In this document: positions 38,842-48,927 of the stretch, piece after piece
How positions within the stretch are numbered: position 1 is the first letter of the stretch
Layout of the letters: each line of letters opens with the position of its first letter
DNA from: a virus
Strand: one strand, 5' to 3'
Virus record (IMG/VR): IMGVR_UViG_3300029985_000017
Location: 32,001-96,000 of that record
Length of the DNA stretch: 64,000 nt
Program-made: the position numbers and the translations under genes
The notes under the pieces: model-generated
The model's input: only the letters and a program-made list of their open reading frames with translations
The model's database searches: none
Told to the model about the DNA's origin: nothing

Positions 38842-38848
38842 TAGATAT

Positions 38849-39310
38849 ATGAAGAAGGCAAAACCTACTCCAGTTTGTAGTTTTAAGAATTGCAAAAAGC
38901 CACTCTATAAAAAGGGTGTCAGTTGGAGTAGGTTTTGCTATTCTCATAGATATAAAGTAAGCACTACCGGATTTCTTGGAAATTTATATAGAAGTATGAG
39001 ACGACGCGTAGAGGGGAGAACTGCTCACAATAGAGGTAATTGGGCAGGTAAGCCTATTCTTCCAAAAGACGTTTTTGTTCAATGGGCTAAGAATCACCCA
39101 GATTTTCTAGCTTCTTATAAAAGATGGTTTTCTAATGGATTCGATCGCAAACTTACCCCTTCTGTAAATAGAATGAATTCTAATAAAGGTTATGTTCTAG
39201 GTAATATGGAATGGATGACCAACTCTCAAAATTCTGGTTTGTCTGGTGAAGTAAGAAAAATGAAAAACAAAAAGGCAATTTACGACCTTTTAGGAGTAAC
39301 GAATGGCTGA
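38849..39310 (+). CDS. His-Me finger (HNH-like) endonuclease, possibly degenerate
   Basis: PSVNRMNSNKGYVLGNMEWMTNSQN resembles the common PSIDRIDSxKGYxxGN pattern. Confidence 0.6.
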   Translation: MKKAKPTPVCSFKNCKKPLYKKGVSWSRFCYSHRYKVSTTGFLGNLYRSMRRRVEGRTAHNRGNWAGKPILPKDVFVQWAKNHPDFLASYKRWFSNGFDRKLTPSVNRMNSNKGYVLGNMEWMTNSQNSGLSGEVRKMKNKKAIYDLLGVTNG

Positions 39311-40052
39311 AACTAAACTTGAAAAAATTCTACTAATCCCCGATACGCATGTTCCATATCACGACAAAGAAGCTTTTAAGTTGATGCTTAAGGCTGGCAA
39401 AGCTTTTAAACCACAACATGCGATTATCCTTGGGGATTTTGCAGATTTTTACGGAGTGAGCAGCCACAGCAAGGATCCCAACCGCGCTTTGAAACTTAAA
39501 GAAGAAATTGAAGCCACTAAGGAAGCTCTAGATCAAGTTATATCTATCGGCGCCAAAAATAATGTTTTTGTTTCTGGTAATCACGAAGATCGTCTAGAAC
39601 GCTATCTTCGTGATAAAGCTCCAGAGTTGTTTAATTTTATCTCTATCCCAAAAATTCTAGAACTTAAAGAAAAGGGATTTAAGTATACTCCATATAAGCA
39701 AGCCTATAAAATTGGCAAACTCAATGTAACCCACGATACCGGTGTTGCTGGTAGATTTGCACATTATAAAGCTTTGGACACTTTTCAACATAATATTGTG
39801 ATCGGACATACACATCGTGTTGGGTATGCTATCGAAGGTAATGCCCAAGGTGAACGTCATGTTTGTGCCCAATTCGGGTGGTTAGGCGATGTAGCAGAGA
39901 TTGATTATATGAATCAAGTTAAGGCTCGCAAGGAGTGGAGTTTGGGCTTTGGTATTGGATACCTTAACCCAAAAAATGGTACGGTGTATTTGGTTCCAGT
40001 GCCCATTATCAACGGAACTTGTCTTATTGAAGGAAAGCTCTATACACTTTAA
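39303..40052 (+). CDS. calcineurin-like metallophosphoesterase
   Basis: PDTH, LGDFAD, GNHEDR, TH, GHTH. Confidence 0.85.
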   Translation: MAETKLEKILLIPDTHVPYHDKEAFKLMLKAGKAFKPQHAIILGDFADFYGVSSHSKDPNRALKLKEEIEATKEALDQVISIGAKNNVFVSGNHEDRLERYLRDKAPELFNFISIPKILELKEKGFKYTPYKQAYKIGKLNVTHDTGVAGRFAHYKALDTFQHNIVIGHTHRVGYAIEGNAQGERHVCAQFGWLGDVAEIDYMNQVKARKEWSLGFGIGYLNPKNGTVYLVPVPIINGTCLIEGKLYTL

Positions 40053-40060
40053 GGATATTT

Positions 40061-40447
40061 GTGTCTACTAAAAAAGAAGAGCTTGCAAAAATTGACCGCA
40101 ACATAAAAGACGCTGAAATCAGACTTAAGAATTTTACTCTTAATATAGAGACAATTCAGAAAGAGATTGACTTTCTTGAAAATGTTGGGGAACAACTAGA
40201 CGAAAACATAAAATATCTCAAAAAGAACAAGATTATAACTTTAGCAGAAGAATATAAAAAATCTAAAGAAAATCTTAAAAAAACTAAAACTAGACTCGTT
40301 CAGCTTAAAAGTGATAAAATAATCAATGAAAAAGCTTATAAAGAGCTTGATGTATATCTAGAGAAAAATAAGGAGCTATATGATAAGCTTTCAAAACAAG
40401 GTGAAAACAACGTCCTACAGGGAAAGTTTGGTCGAAATCGTGAATAG
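40061..40447 (+). CDS. hypothetical coiled-coil protein
   Basis: 128 aa, GTG start with AAGGA SD. Confidence 0.6.
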   Translation: MSTKKEELAKIDRNIKDAEIRLKNFTLNIETIQKEIDFLENVGEQLDENIKYLKKNKIITLAEEYKKSKENLKKTKTRLVQLKSDKIINEKAYKELDVYLEKNKELYDKLSKQGENNVLQGKFGRNRE

Positions 40448-40670
40448 GGAAGAAGTTAAAAAGAAGATCATGGAGGATCCCGATTTTATTAAATCCCATA
40501 AGTATGGGAACTCACTAAGTAAATTTCTTTCCAATAACAATGGCGATCTTGAAAATGCTACTATAGCTAGATTGTTAATGATTTCTGAAGATGAAGTTGA
40601 AAATATTTATAAAGAAGTTGTTGACTTTATCAAAAATAAGATGCAAGATGGAAAAGATGAAAGTAATTGA
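40440..40670 (+). CDS. small HTH-like protein
   Basis: NATIARLLMISEDEVENIY resembles a sigma-4/HTH helix pair; GTG start assumed. Confidence 0.45.
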   Translation: MNREEVKKKIMEDPDFIKSHKYGNSLSKFLSNNNGDLENATIARLLMISEDEVENIYKEVVDFIKNKMQDGKDESN

Positions 40671-41310
40671 AGTCTACAGTGACGGATCTGCCACTACAGC
40701 CGCTAAACCCGGAGGTTACGCTTGGGTAATGGTTGTAGATGGAGTTAAGCACTCTGAAGGCTCAGGACATGTTGTTAGTGCTACCAACAACGATATGGAG
40801 TTGGAATCAGCAATTCAAGGTTTGTCGGCAGTATTAAAGTATATACTTTTATCTACTTCTACATGTGAAGATCCTGAAAAAAGTAAAGAGATTGCCCGAT
40901 GTGAAGTTATTCTAGTATCTGATTCCCAAATAACCTTAGGATGGGCATCTGGAACCTATAGGTTTAAACAAGAATCCAAAATAGAAAAGTATAAGCAATT
41001 AAAAGGTTTAATGGAATCTTTGAACGCTAAAACTCGTTGGGTTAAGGGCCACTCAGGAGATCCCTACAATAGTAGGTGTGATCTTCTTGCTAATAACGCT
41101 AGAAAAGGTCTTATGCAAAAAAGCGTTATTAATCCTGATTCGCTAAAGAATAGTTTAATTGGCACCAAAAAAGAAGGCGTATTTTGCGTTTGGTGGGGAG
41201 ATAAACTTAAAATTATTTGCTTGACAAATAACGCTATTGAGGACTACAATAGAGAGATACACGGTAAACGTGGGTCTGCAATCGAAATAAGACAGGAGAG
41301 AATGAGATGA
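40657..41310 (+). CDS. rnhA: ribonuclease HI
   Basis: YSDGS, TNNDMEL, SDSQ, WVKGHSG..YN.RCD.LA. Confidence 0.9.
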   Translation: MKVIEVYSDGSATTAAKPGGYAWVMVVDGVKHSEGSGHVVSATNNDMELESAIQGLSAVLKYILLSTSTCEDPEKSKEIARCEVILVSDSQITLGWASGTYRFKQESKIEKYKQLKGLMESLNAKTRWVKGHSGDPYNSRCDLLANNARKGLMQKSVINPDSLKNSLIGTKKEGVFCVWWGDKLKIICLTNNAIEDYNREIHGKRGSAIEIRQERMR

Positions 41311-41504
41311 GCGGTTATAAACTTAAGGATCCTTTCGGTGAACTTGCTTCGGAATATCAAAAGTCTCCCCGTTTTTTAGATGATAATAAAGAAAAGGCTT
41401 GGAATGATGCTATACTAGACCTCAACAAAAACTTTTTGGTTTGGGGCGAATTTGATCCAGGAGGATCACACATTCATTCCCCAGCCTTTCTTAGGGAAAC
41501 CTAA
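41307..41504 (+). CDS. hypothetical protein
   Basis: 65 aa, coupled on both sides. Confidence 0.55.
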   Translation: MSGYKLKDPFGELASEYQKSPRFLDDNKEKAWNDAILDLNKNFLVWGEFDPGGSHIHSPAFLRET

Positions 41505-42148
41505 TGGCTAATCCAGCTTACTATGTAGCTTTGGACTGTGAAACAGGAGGGCTCTCAGCAGATACAGCCGATTTGCTTACTTGTTATATATCTGTAGTAG
41601 ATGAGAACTTTAAAGTTCAAGAAGAACTTGATTTGAAGTTAAAGCCAGATGGCGGAAGATTGCCACAAGCTGATGCTGGTGCTCTAAAAGTCAATGGCAT
41701 CAATCTACATGAGCATTTGGCCAATCCAGAAACTATTGCTTACTCTGAAGCTAAACCTAAAATTATAGCTATGTTGCGAAAATTCTTGAAGAAAAATGGA
41801 CGCTACAGCAATTTACGCCCTATGGGTTACAATTTACCCTTTGATATTAAGTTCGTACAAACTTATCTTTTGTCCTTTGAAGAATGGGATTCGATTATTA
41901 ATTATAATCAGATCGACCCTAAAGTGGTAGTGAATTTCCTTAAAGACTGCGGTTGGCTTCCACCCGATCTAGGAACACTAGTAAGTGTAGTCAAGCACTT
42001 TCAGATACCAATGGGCACAGCTCATAATGCTAAGGTCGATACGTTGGCTACCGTAGAAGTTTATAAGAAATTGATAGAACTTATGGCCAGCAAAAAGAAC
42101 TCTGGCGGACAATCAATGGATTTAATTAGTTTGCTTGAGGCAGAATAA
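41504..42148 (+). CDS. DEDDh 3'-5' exonuclease (DNA pol III epsilon-like)
   Basis: LDCETGG, GYNLPFD, AHNAKVD; coupled to dnaE. Confidence 0.88.
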   Translation: MANPAYYVALDCETGGLSADTADLLTCYISVVDENFKVQEELDLKLKPDGGRLPQADAGALKVNGINLHEHLANPETIAYSEAKPKIIAMLRKFLKKNGRYSNLRPMGYNLPFDIKFVQTYLLSFEEWDSIINYNQIDPKVVVNFLKDCGWLPPDLGTLVSVVKHFQIPMGTAHNAKVDTLATVEVYKKLIELMASKKNSGGQSMDLISLLEAE

Positions 42149-45100
42149 TGTACATTTCGCCACATACTCATACCGAGTCATTTTTAACTAGCAGCACTTT
42201 ATCTAGCTTAATAGATAGAGCTAAAGAACTTGGTAGAACTCATTTTTCATGCACAGACTTAGGCTATCTTCATTCTTCAATGAAAGCCTATACACTGGCC
42301 AAAAAGGCTAAGCTTATACCCATTTTAGGGCTTGAATTCTATTTTAAAGATCCAGTGTGCCCAATCACTTCTGGAACTCCCGCAGACCGCTGTAAATACT
42401 TTTCTGCTACTATTTACGCAGAAAATCAGGAAGCTTATCAAGCCATCTGTAAAATGGTTTCTAGGACTGATTTTTCAACTATTGAAATTAGAGAAGAAAA
42501 GCAAAATCTTTTTACTTGGGCAGATCTAGAATTGCTTTCTAAATACAAAACCAATTTGGTGCTAGGCGGCGTCCATGACATTGTAGGGAAAGCTTATCTA
42601 GCATCAGATGCAAATGTGGGTCTTAAGTTATTTGAAAAACTTAATAACTTGTTTTTTAATAGGCTTTATATTGCTATGATTTGTGAGCCCTGGTCTAAAA
42701 AGTTTGCAAAAGTTGTAGAAGTCAAATATAAGGATTTTACAACGGATTCTTTATTGGACACAGATCTAGTTAGTACGGATAAGGCCAGAAAGATAAAGGC
42801 TAGTGACCTAATTGAGCGTTCTGGACATCTTTTAATCAAATCTAAAGTCTCAAATGGTGTTTTCTTTGAAGTTGATAGGGAGATAGATTCGGTAAAACTC
42901 CATACAGGTTTTTTGCCTCTTTCTTGTGATGTAACTTTAAAGATCAATAAATTTTTAATGTTACTTGGAAAACGTTATAATGTGCCAATTTTGGCTTCAG
43001 ATTACGCCTACTATTCTCACAAAGAGGACAAGATCGTTCAACGGGTTGTTCTAGAGGGTAAAGATAGTATCCATGCTCAACAACACATGAAGACCGAAGA
43101 AGAAGTTCTAAGTTACCTACAAAATACTATGGGCTTATCTTCATCTGAAGCCAATACAGTTATAGACAACAACATTAAATGGGCCGCTCTTTTTGATAAT
43201 TTTGAGCTTAAATACGAGTGGCGCTTAGCCTCTACTGAAGGACAAAATCCATTAAAAAAAGCCATGGAGATCATTAATCGCAATGGTCGTATGAAATGGG
43301 ATAATCCTATATATGTTAATCGCCTTAAAACTGAACTAGAAGTTATTGCAAAAAATGGAGTTAAAGATCTAACCCCTTATTTCTTACCTATTGTTGAGGT
43401 TTTAGATCGCTATAAAAAAGAAGGCCAAATAACCTCGCCTGGTCGTGGTAGCGCTGGTGGAAGTCTATTTTGTTATTTATTGGGTATTACAAATATAGAT
43501 CCTATTCGTTATGGACTTCCATTTAGCCGATTTTTTTCTACGACTCGTATTCAAATGAATAAACTTCCGGATATCGATACAGATTTACCACAGAAAGAAA
43601 CTCTGCTAGGCAAGGATGGACACAGTGGATTCTTATATGAACGTTGGGGTGACTGTGCTGGACATATCTCTACTCGTAATACAGTTAGACTTAGAAGCGC
43701 TATTAAAGACGTTCACCGATACTTAGATGGAACCGTTTCTAGAGAAATCGACAGATTCACATCCGGACTCCCACAACCCCCTCAAGGAATCTCCGATCTT
43801 CATTTTGTATTTGGTTATGAAAATGAAGAAGGAGAGCATATACCCGGTATCTTGGAAACTAATGAAGACCTTCAAAAATACACAAAAGACTATCCTAAAC
43901 ATTGGTCTATTGTAGCCAAGTCTATGGGTATAACGCGTGCTTTTTCTAAGCATGCCTGTGCCATGGTGCTATCTGATGTTCCTATTAGAGAAACTATGCC
44001 CCTAAAAGAAGGCTATATTACTCACTATGAGCATAAAGAAACTGAAGCTGTTGGATTGATTAAATATGATTTCTTAACTATTAATCAATTGCTTGATATT
44101 CAGGTTTGTTTGGAATTAATTAATAAAAAAAATGGGGATAACTTTGAACCTGGCTACTTTACCCATAATGGGGAAAAGATCTATATTTGGGATCTTCCAG
44201 AAGAAGCTGATGTCTATAAGAGCATTTGGGATGGCAATACTGTAACTCTATTTCAAATCAACAGTTCTGGAATGGCTAAACTTACTCAAGAGATTCTTCC
44301 AGATCGCTTAGAGTATCTGGCCTCTATTTTGGCCCTAGAGCGTCCAGGTCCTAAGGATTACATTGACCCTGTAACCGGAAGAAACATGGTCGAAGAGTAT
44401 GTTATGCGGCGTAATGGACAAAGCCAACCCGATATCCCAGAATTGGCTGAGATTCTGCCAGAGTCTTACGGTACCTTAATTTACCAAGAAGATCTAGGTA
44501 AAGTTGCCAAGCAATTAGCTGGATTTAGCGATGAAGAAGCAGAGCTACTTAGAGAGAACATGGCCAAGAAAAAGATGGTTGAATTGACTAAAATTAAGCC
44601 ATCTTTTATTCAAGGTGCTCAAACTAAGGTCTCAAGAGAAGTTGCCGAAAAAATCTGGGAACAAATGGTTACTTTCGGACGTTATGGGTTCTCTATTATC
44701 CATTCCTATGAATATGCTATGATTACTTATGCTTGTATGTTCTTACGCCACAACTATAAACTTGAATGGTGGGCTGCCGTAGTAACCAATGCAGATCAAG
44801 CCGAGATCACGGGTAAGTTTTGGCCTCATGTAAAGGATTTAATTGCTCCTCCTGATATTAATATTAGTACTGATAAAATGGAGGTAGACTATTCTGCTAG
44901 TAAAATCAGATCTAAATTGGGTATTATAACGGGTATAGGCGATAAAACAATTGATCCTATAGTTGAAAATCGCCCTTATAAAGATCTACAAGACTTCGTT
45001 AATAAAGATGTAGCCGGTCCGTCTTTGGCTCATAGATTAATTCATGTGGGTGTTTTAGACTCTTTGTTCAAGCCAAATATGTCTCTTGAAGAAAAACTTA

Positions 45101-45696
45101 AAACCTATGAAGATGCGGTTGAAATTAAAAAGTTTCAAGACAAAAAAGTTATAGCTGAAAAAGAAGGTAAAAAAGTTAGAAATTTACAGCCTAAAGAAGG
45201 CAAGATTCCAGAAAAATACATAGATCTTCCCCCTCTTGTGGATGCTGCAATGAAGAAAAATACTCTTCCTACAATGCCTATCGACCTCTATTCTCTAGGA
45301 GCTAAGTATAGTAAGGTCAGAGATCTTAATTCTACGAAGCCTAAAATGGTAGACGAGATTTGGAATAAGTCAGTTTTCTTAATCGAAGGCAATGCAGTAG
45401 AACGTTTAGATAAGACAGATTTCACTACAGAAGAAAAAGACTTATACGTAGCCGCCACTGGTTACATTATTGAAGCCAAAGAGTTCTCATATTCTAAGGG
45501 AACTAAACGAGCTTTAAAATTGATTGTTGCTTGTGACAATTATATTAGCGAAAAAGTTTTATGGCCTAATTATAAAACCCAAGAGCTTATTTATGATAAA
45601 AATATTAAAAAGGGTTCTATATGCACGTTATTTATGAGAAAAAGGGCTGGAGAAAAAGGCCCTTTAAATCTTACCCAAATGGTTCTTGAAACGTAA
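42148..45696 (+). CDS. dnaE: DNA polymerase III alpha subunit (family C)
   Basis: PHP HTHT; GRGSAGGS, PDIDTD, KYDFL, FQ, RPGP, IYQE, YGF...HS. Confidence 0.95.
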   Translation: MYISPHTHTESFLTSSTLSSLIDRAKELGRTHFSCTDLGYLHSSMKAYTLAKKAKLIPILGLEFYFKDPVCPITSGTPADRCKYFSATIYAENQEAYQAICKMVSRTDFSTIEIREEKQNLFTWADLELLSKYKTNLVLGGVHDIVGKAYLASDANVGLKLFEKLNNLFFNRLYIAMICEPWSKKFAKVVEVKYKDFTTDSLLDTDLVSTDKARKIKASDLIERSGHLLIKSKVSNGVFFEVDREIDSVKLHTGFLPLSCDVTLKINKFLMLLGKRYNVPILASDYAYYSHKEDKIVQRVVLEGKDSIHAQQHMKTEEEVLSYLQNTMGLSSSEANTVIDNNIKWAALFDNFELKYEWRLASTEGQNPLKKAMEIINRNGRMKWDNPIYVNRLKTELEVIAKNGVKDLTPYFLPIVEVLDRYKKEGQITSPGRGSAGGSLFCYLLGITNIDPIRYGLPFSRFFSTTRIQMNKLPDIDTDLPQKETLLGKDGHSGFLYERWGDCAGHISTRNTVRLRSAIKDVHRYLDGTVSREIDRFTSGLPQPPQGISDLHFVFGYENEEGEHIPGILETNEDLQKYTKDYPKHWSIVAKSMGITRAFSKHACAMVLSDVPIRETMPLKEGYITHYEHKETEAVGLIKYDFLTINQLLDIQVCLELINKKNGDNFEPGYFTHNGEKIYIWDLPEEADVYKSIWDGNTVTLFQINSSGMAKLTQEILPDRLEYLASILALERPGPKDYIDPVTGRNMVEEYVMRRNGQSQPDIPELAEILPESYGTLIYQEDLGKVAKQLAGFSDEEAELLRENMAKKKMVELTKIKPSFIQGAQTKVSREVAEKIWEQMVTFGRYGFSIIHSYEYAMITYACMFLRHNYKLEWWAAVVTNADQAEITGKFWPHVKDLIAPPDINISTDKMEVDYSASKIRSKLGIITGIGDKTIDPIVENRPYKDLQDFVNKDVAGPSLAHRLIHVGVLDSLFKPNMSLEEKLKTYEDAVEIKKFQDKKVIAEKEGKKVRNLQPKEGKIPEKYIDLPPLVDAAMKKNTLPTMPIDLYSLGAKYSKVRDLNSTKPKMVDEIWNKSVFLIEGNAVERLDKTDFTTEEKDLYVAATGYIIEAKEFSYSKGTKRALKLIVACDNYISEKVLWPNYKTQELIYDKNIKKGSICTLFMRKRAGEKGPLNLTQMVLET

Positions 45697-45704
45697 GAAA
45701 AAGC

Positions 45705-45733
45705 TTGACTTTTTAAAACAGATGTGTCATTAT
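45705..45733 (+). promoter_or_regulatory. sigma70-type promoter (leaderless)
   Basis: TTGACT-17-CATTAT with TG extension, 6 nt before ATG 45740. Confidence 0.55.
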
Positions 45734-45739
45734 CTACAT

Positions 45740-46444
45740 ATGAAGTTTTTAATCTATTCTTTGCTTCTTCTAACCACTGTCTCTATAGCCAAAGAAAGTA
45801 CAAAACCAATTAAGATAGCTATCGTAGATACGGGAATAAACGTTTTAGATCCGCGTTTTAAAGAGCATGTTTGCGCCACAGGACACAAAGACTTTACAGG
45901 TGAAGGATTGTTAGACACCGTAGGTCATGGAACCTTTGTAGCTGGCTTAATTCAAAAGTATGCAGGTAAAGGTACTTATTGTTTTTTAATATATAAGTAT
46001 TACTCTGAACATAATACTGGAATTCAAAATCTTCAAAATGAGATTAAAGCCTTCCAAGAAGCAGCAAAAAATGGTGCTGCGGTGGTGAATTTCTCAGGTG
46101 GTGGTGCTGAACATAATAAATATGAGTATTTAACCATTAAAAATAATCCCAGGATGCTTTTTGTAGTTGCAGCTGGAAATGAAGGCCAAAATGTAGATCT
46201 TCCTGGAAAAGAATATTACCCAGCTTCATATAAGCTAGAGAACATAATTCCTTTGGGAAGTATTGATAGAAATGGCACCAAAGTTACTAGTTCTAATTGG
46301 GGCAGTAGAATTACAGATTTTGAAATTGGAGACCAAGTGGTATCCACTCTGCCCGATGGAGATACGGGAACGATGTCTGGAACTAGTTTTGCTACAGCAA
46401 TAAGAACTGGTAAAATAGTAAGGGATATGTTATATGCAAGATAA
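45740..46444 (+). CDS. exported subtilisin-family (S8) serine protease
   Basis: Signal peptide MKFLIYSLLLLTTVSIA; IVDTG, GHGT, AAGN, SGTSFA. Confidence 0.88.
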   Translation: MKFLIYSLLLLTTVSIAKESTKPIKIAIVDTGINVLDPRFKEHVCATGHKDFTGEGLLDTVGHGTFVAGLIQKYAGKGTYCFLIYKYYSEHNTGIQNLQNEIKAFQEAAKNGAAVVNFSGGGAEHNKYEYLTIKNNPRMLFVVAAGNEGQNVDLPGKEYYPASYKLENIIPLGSIDRNGTKVTSSNWGSRITDFEIGDQVVSTLPDGDTGTMSGTSFATAIRTGKIVRDMLYAR

Positions 46445-46676
46445 TCCTTTTGCGAATAAAGTAGTAAAGACCAAAAAACTGGGCAAGAATGCTGTTTTAC
46501 AAGTAAGTGAAAACGAGCATTTTGGTCGTATATATGTTGAGTTTCAGACTGTAGACGGAAGACTTAAAGTACAGAAGACTTTTAGGGATGATTTTCAAGG
46601 TAGAAAAGAATCTAAAGAATTCGAAAAGAAATTTAAAACTTCAACAGATATCAAAAAATACTTTGGATTGGAGTAA
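46434..46676 (+). CDS. hypothetical protein
   Basis: 80 aa, operonic. Confidence 0.6.
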   Translation: MQDNPFANKVVKTKKLGKNAVLQVSENEHFGRIYVEFQTVDGRLKVQKTFRDDFQGRKESKEFEKKFKTSTDIKKYFGLE

Positions 46677-46678
46677 GT

Positions 46679-47053
46679 ATGGCTAAACCCAAAAAACCTA
46701 AAACAGTAACCATATACATGGATAAAACCGACTGGGATTATGAAGTGGGCTGCGCTTCTGATGGCAATACTATTTATCCCGATCTTGAAAGTCTGAAGGA
46801 ATTTAATCGCTGCTGGGATGGATGTGGGGTGGTAAAATGCGAGATTACTTTTAAGGAAATAGCTATAGAAGAAGATCGTAAAAAAATGTTTGAGGGGTCT
46901 TCTAATGGATATACAGCAGAAGACTATGAGATCAACCGTGATATAATTAGAATAGAAAGTGCTACTAGAAGATTGGAATGGTTAGAAGGAAAAGTTGCTC
47001 GCGAAAAGCATAGGATTATAGAATTAAAAGCTAATTTAAAGAAGGAGAAATAA
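46679..47053 (+). CDS. hypothetical protein
   Basis: 124 aa, GGAG SD. Confidence 0.6.
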   Translation: MAKPKKPKTVTIYMDKTDWDYEVGCASDGNTIYPDLESLKEFNRCWDGCGVVKCEITFKEIAIEEDRKKMFEGSSNGYTAEDYEINRDIIRIESATRRLEWLEGKVAREKHRIIELKANLKKEK

Positions 47054-47054
47054 A

Positions 47055-47831
47055 ATGTCATTACAGAATACTTTGGAAGAAATTAAGAGACTAAAGCCTC
47101 TAGCAGAAGAAGATCTTAGTACTGGACCCATTGAAACATACGTGTCTAGGGAGGGGCGTAAAAGGAATGCTAAAGAACGTTTAAAGGCTCTAAGAGAAGA
47201 GTATATAGACGCTCTTAGGACATCAGCCGTATTTATTATTGTTTCTGGCTCTAATAAAAATGAATTTTTGGACTTGGCTACCAATGAATTTAAATGTTTT
47301 ACAGCTGACCCAGAAGGTTTTTATAAGGACCTAGCCAATCGTTTGCCAAGCGAGCTTTATGCCAATAAAACTTCGGGCGCCAACCTTTTTGACATTATGG
47401 GACGCCATCTAGAAGAAAAGGCGCAAGAAATGCATGTTTTAGGCTATCCTCAATTGATTATGAAGCAACAATATCGAAGGGCTATTAACAATAAAGAAGA
47501 CTTTGTTGAATTGATTAAACAAGCTATTAACGAACAGGTAGGTTCGGAGATCTCCGGCCTTCATATGGTCCGATCATTGGTTGATAGCGCTATCAGCGCA
47601 GAGCATGGACTAAAGCTTACTCCAATCGTTTTGGCTACAGATGATGAAAACTTGGCTTTGGATTTTAATAGCACCTTTAATAGGATTGGTTCCCGTTCAT
47701 TTTTGGTTGCAGCTGGAAAGGGCGCTAAAGCCGTTAAATCTAGGGAAGGAACTTTTGCTCTTAAAGAAGTGACTAAAGAAAGTGTGGAAAATGTCTTGAC
47801 AAATGTAAGAAACTTGTGTAAAACTAGATGA
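47055..47831 (+). CDS. hypothetical protein (possibly degenerate P-loop kinase fold)
   Basis: 258 aa; FIIVSGSNK strand-loop lacks a canonical GK[ST]. Confidence 0.55.
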   Translation: MSLQNTLEEIKRLKPLAEEDLSTGPIETYVSREGRKRNAKERLKALREEYIDALRTSAVFIIVSGSNKNEFLDLATNEFKCFTADPEGFYKDLANRLPSELYANKTSGANLFDIMGRHLEEKAQEMHVLGYPQLIMKQQYRRAINNKEDFVELIKQAINEQVGSEISGLHMVRSLVDSAISAEHGLKLTPIVLATDDENLALDFNSTFNRIGSRSFLVAAGKGAKAVKSREGTFALKEVTKESVENVLTNVRNLCKTR

Positions 47832-47878
47832 TAGATGAAATTGAAAGAATATCAAAAATAAAGAAAGAGAGAAATAAT

Positions 47879-48919
47879 ATGTCAGTAAAAATTGGTAAAG
47901 CTCGTTTTGGTGGTCAACAACAAATTCAACGTAGGTATTTTAAATTGAAGGATGGAGAACAAGCCTATCGTATTTTGCCTCCTATTAAGGAATTGGCTGA
48001 TTCAGGCCGTTGGTCCATATTTCATAGCGTTCATTATGGCTATAAGTCTACTGATGAAAAGTTTAAGCCTTTTATTAGCCCAGAAGTTAAGAACCGTAAG
48101 ACGGGTATGATTGAAGTACCAGACGCCGCTAAAGAACGTATTCAAAGCCTTAAAGCTAAATTGGACGAAGCCAAGGCATCAGGTAATTCAGCGGCTCTCG
48201 AAAAACTCAATTTTTTGGTTGGTCAAACTGGGCTATACAATCTAGATAACAATCATTATATGAACGTAATTGATGCCCAAGGCAATATCGGTGTCCTTAA
48301 GCTTCGACATAAGGCTAAACTTGCTTTGGAAGCTGAAATTAAAGCTCTAAACGCTGATGGCCATGACCCTTTGAGCGTTGAGGACGGTCGCTTCTTTGTA
48401 TTTACTCGTACTGGTATGGGTCGCGACACTACTTTTGGTGTTAAGGTTTTGAAGGAAAAGATCATTGTCCAGGGCATTGGAAGTGTTGAACGCGATGTTG
48501 TTCATGCACTTGATGACGCTCTTTTGGGACGACTTGAAGCCGAAGGTTCAGATTTGGATAAGATCTTTAGGCGTCCAACTGCTGAGCAAGTACAAAAGAT
48601 CGTAGAAAGTTCAAATTTGATGACCGGCATTACACCATACTTGGATACATTGTTTGGTAAGAATGCTAGTGCCGAACAAACTGCAACAGAAGAAGATGCT
48701 CCAGATGCTGAAGAACCAGCGCCTAAAGCCTCTACGGTAGCTCCTGTAAAGCCCTTGGTTGCTCCAGTTGCTGCGGCTGTGGTTGCTCCAGTTGCTGCGG
48801 CTGTGGTTGCACCTGTAACTCCAAGCGTAGCTCCTGTAAAGCCAAAAACAAGCGCTGCAAGTATCACTGAGATGTCAAATGACGAGTTCCTAGAACGCCT
48901 CAATTCAGGGTCTCTCTAG
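47879..48919 (+). CDS. single-stranded DNA-binding protein (T4 gp32-like)
   Basis: YFKLKDGEQAYRILPP, HY, DPLSVEDGRFFVFTRTG.G..T.F, acidic tail NDEFL. Confidence 0.75.
   Translation: MSVKIGKARFGGQQQIQRRYFKLKDGEQAYRILPPIKELADSGRWSIFHSVHYGYKSTDEKFKPFISPEVKNRKTGMIEVPDAAKERIQSLKAKLDEAKASGNSAALEKLNFLVGQTGLYNLDNNHYMNVIDAQGNIGVLKLRHKAKLALEAEIKALNADGHDPLSVEDGRFFVFTRTGMGRDTTFGVKVLKEKIIVQGIGSVERDVVHALDDALLGRLEAEGSDLDKIFRRPTAEQVQKIVESSNLMTGITPYLDTLFGKNASAEQTATEEDAPDAEEPAPKASTVAPVKPLVAPVAAAVVAPVAAAVVAPVTPSVAPVKPKTSAASITEMSNDEFLERLNSGSL
48756..48810 (+). repeat. 24-nt coding tandem repeat (VAPVAAAV x2.3) in SSB linker
   Basis: TGGTTGCTCCAGTTGCTGCGGCTG twice plus partial copy; flanked by two copies of GTAGCTCCTGTAAAGCC (48737, 48827). 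Confidence 0.85.
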
Positions 48920-48927
48920 TTAAATAT

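Noticed and set aside
42148-45696. Intein in DnaE (also checked TerL, DnaB and RecA)
   Set aside because: No intein terminal motifs or LAGLIDADG blocks; protein lengths are near normal
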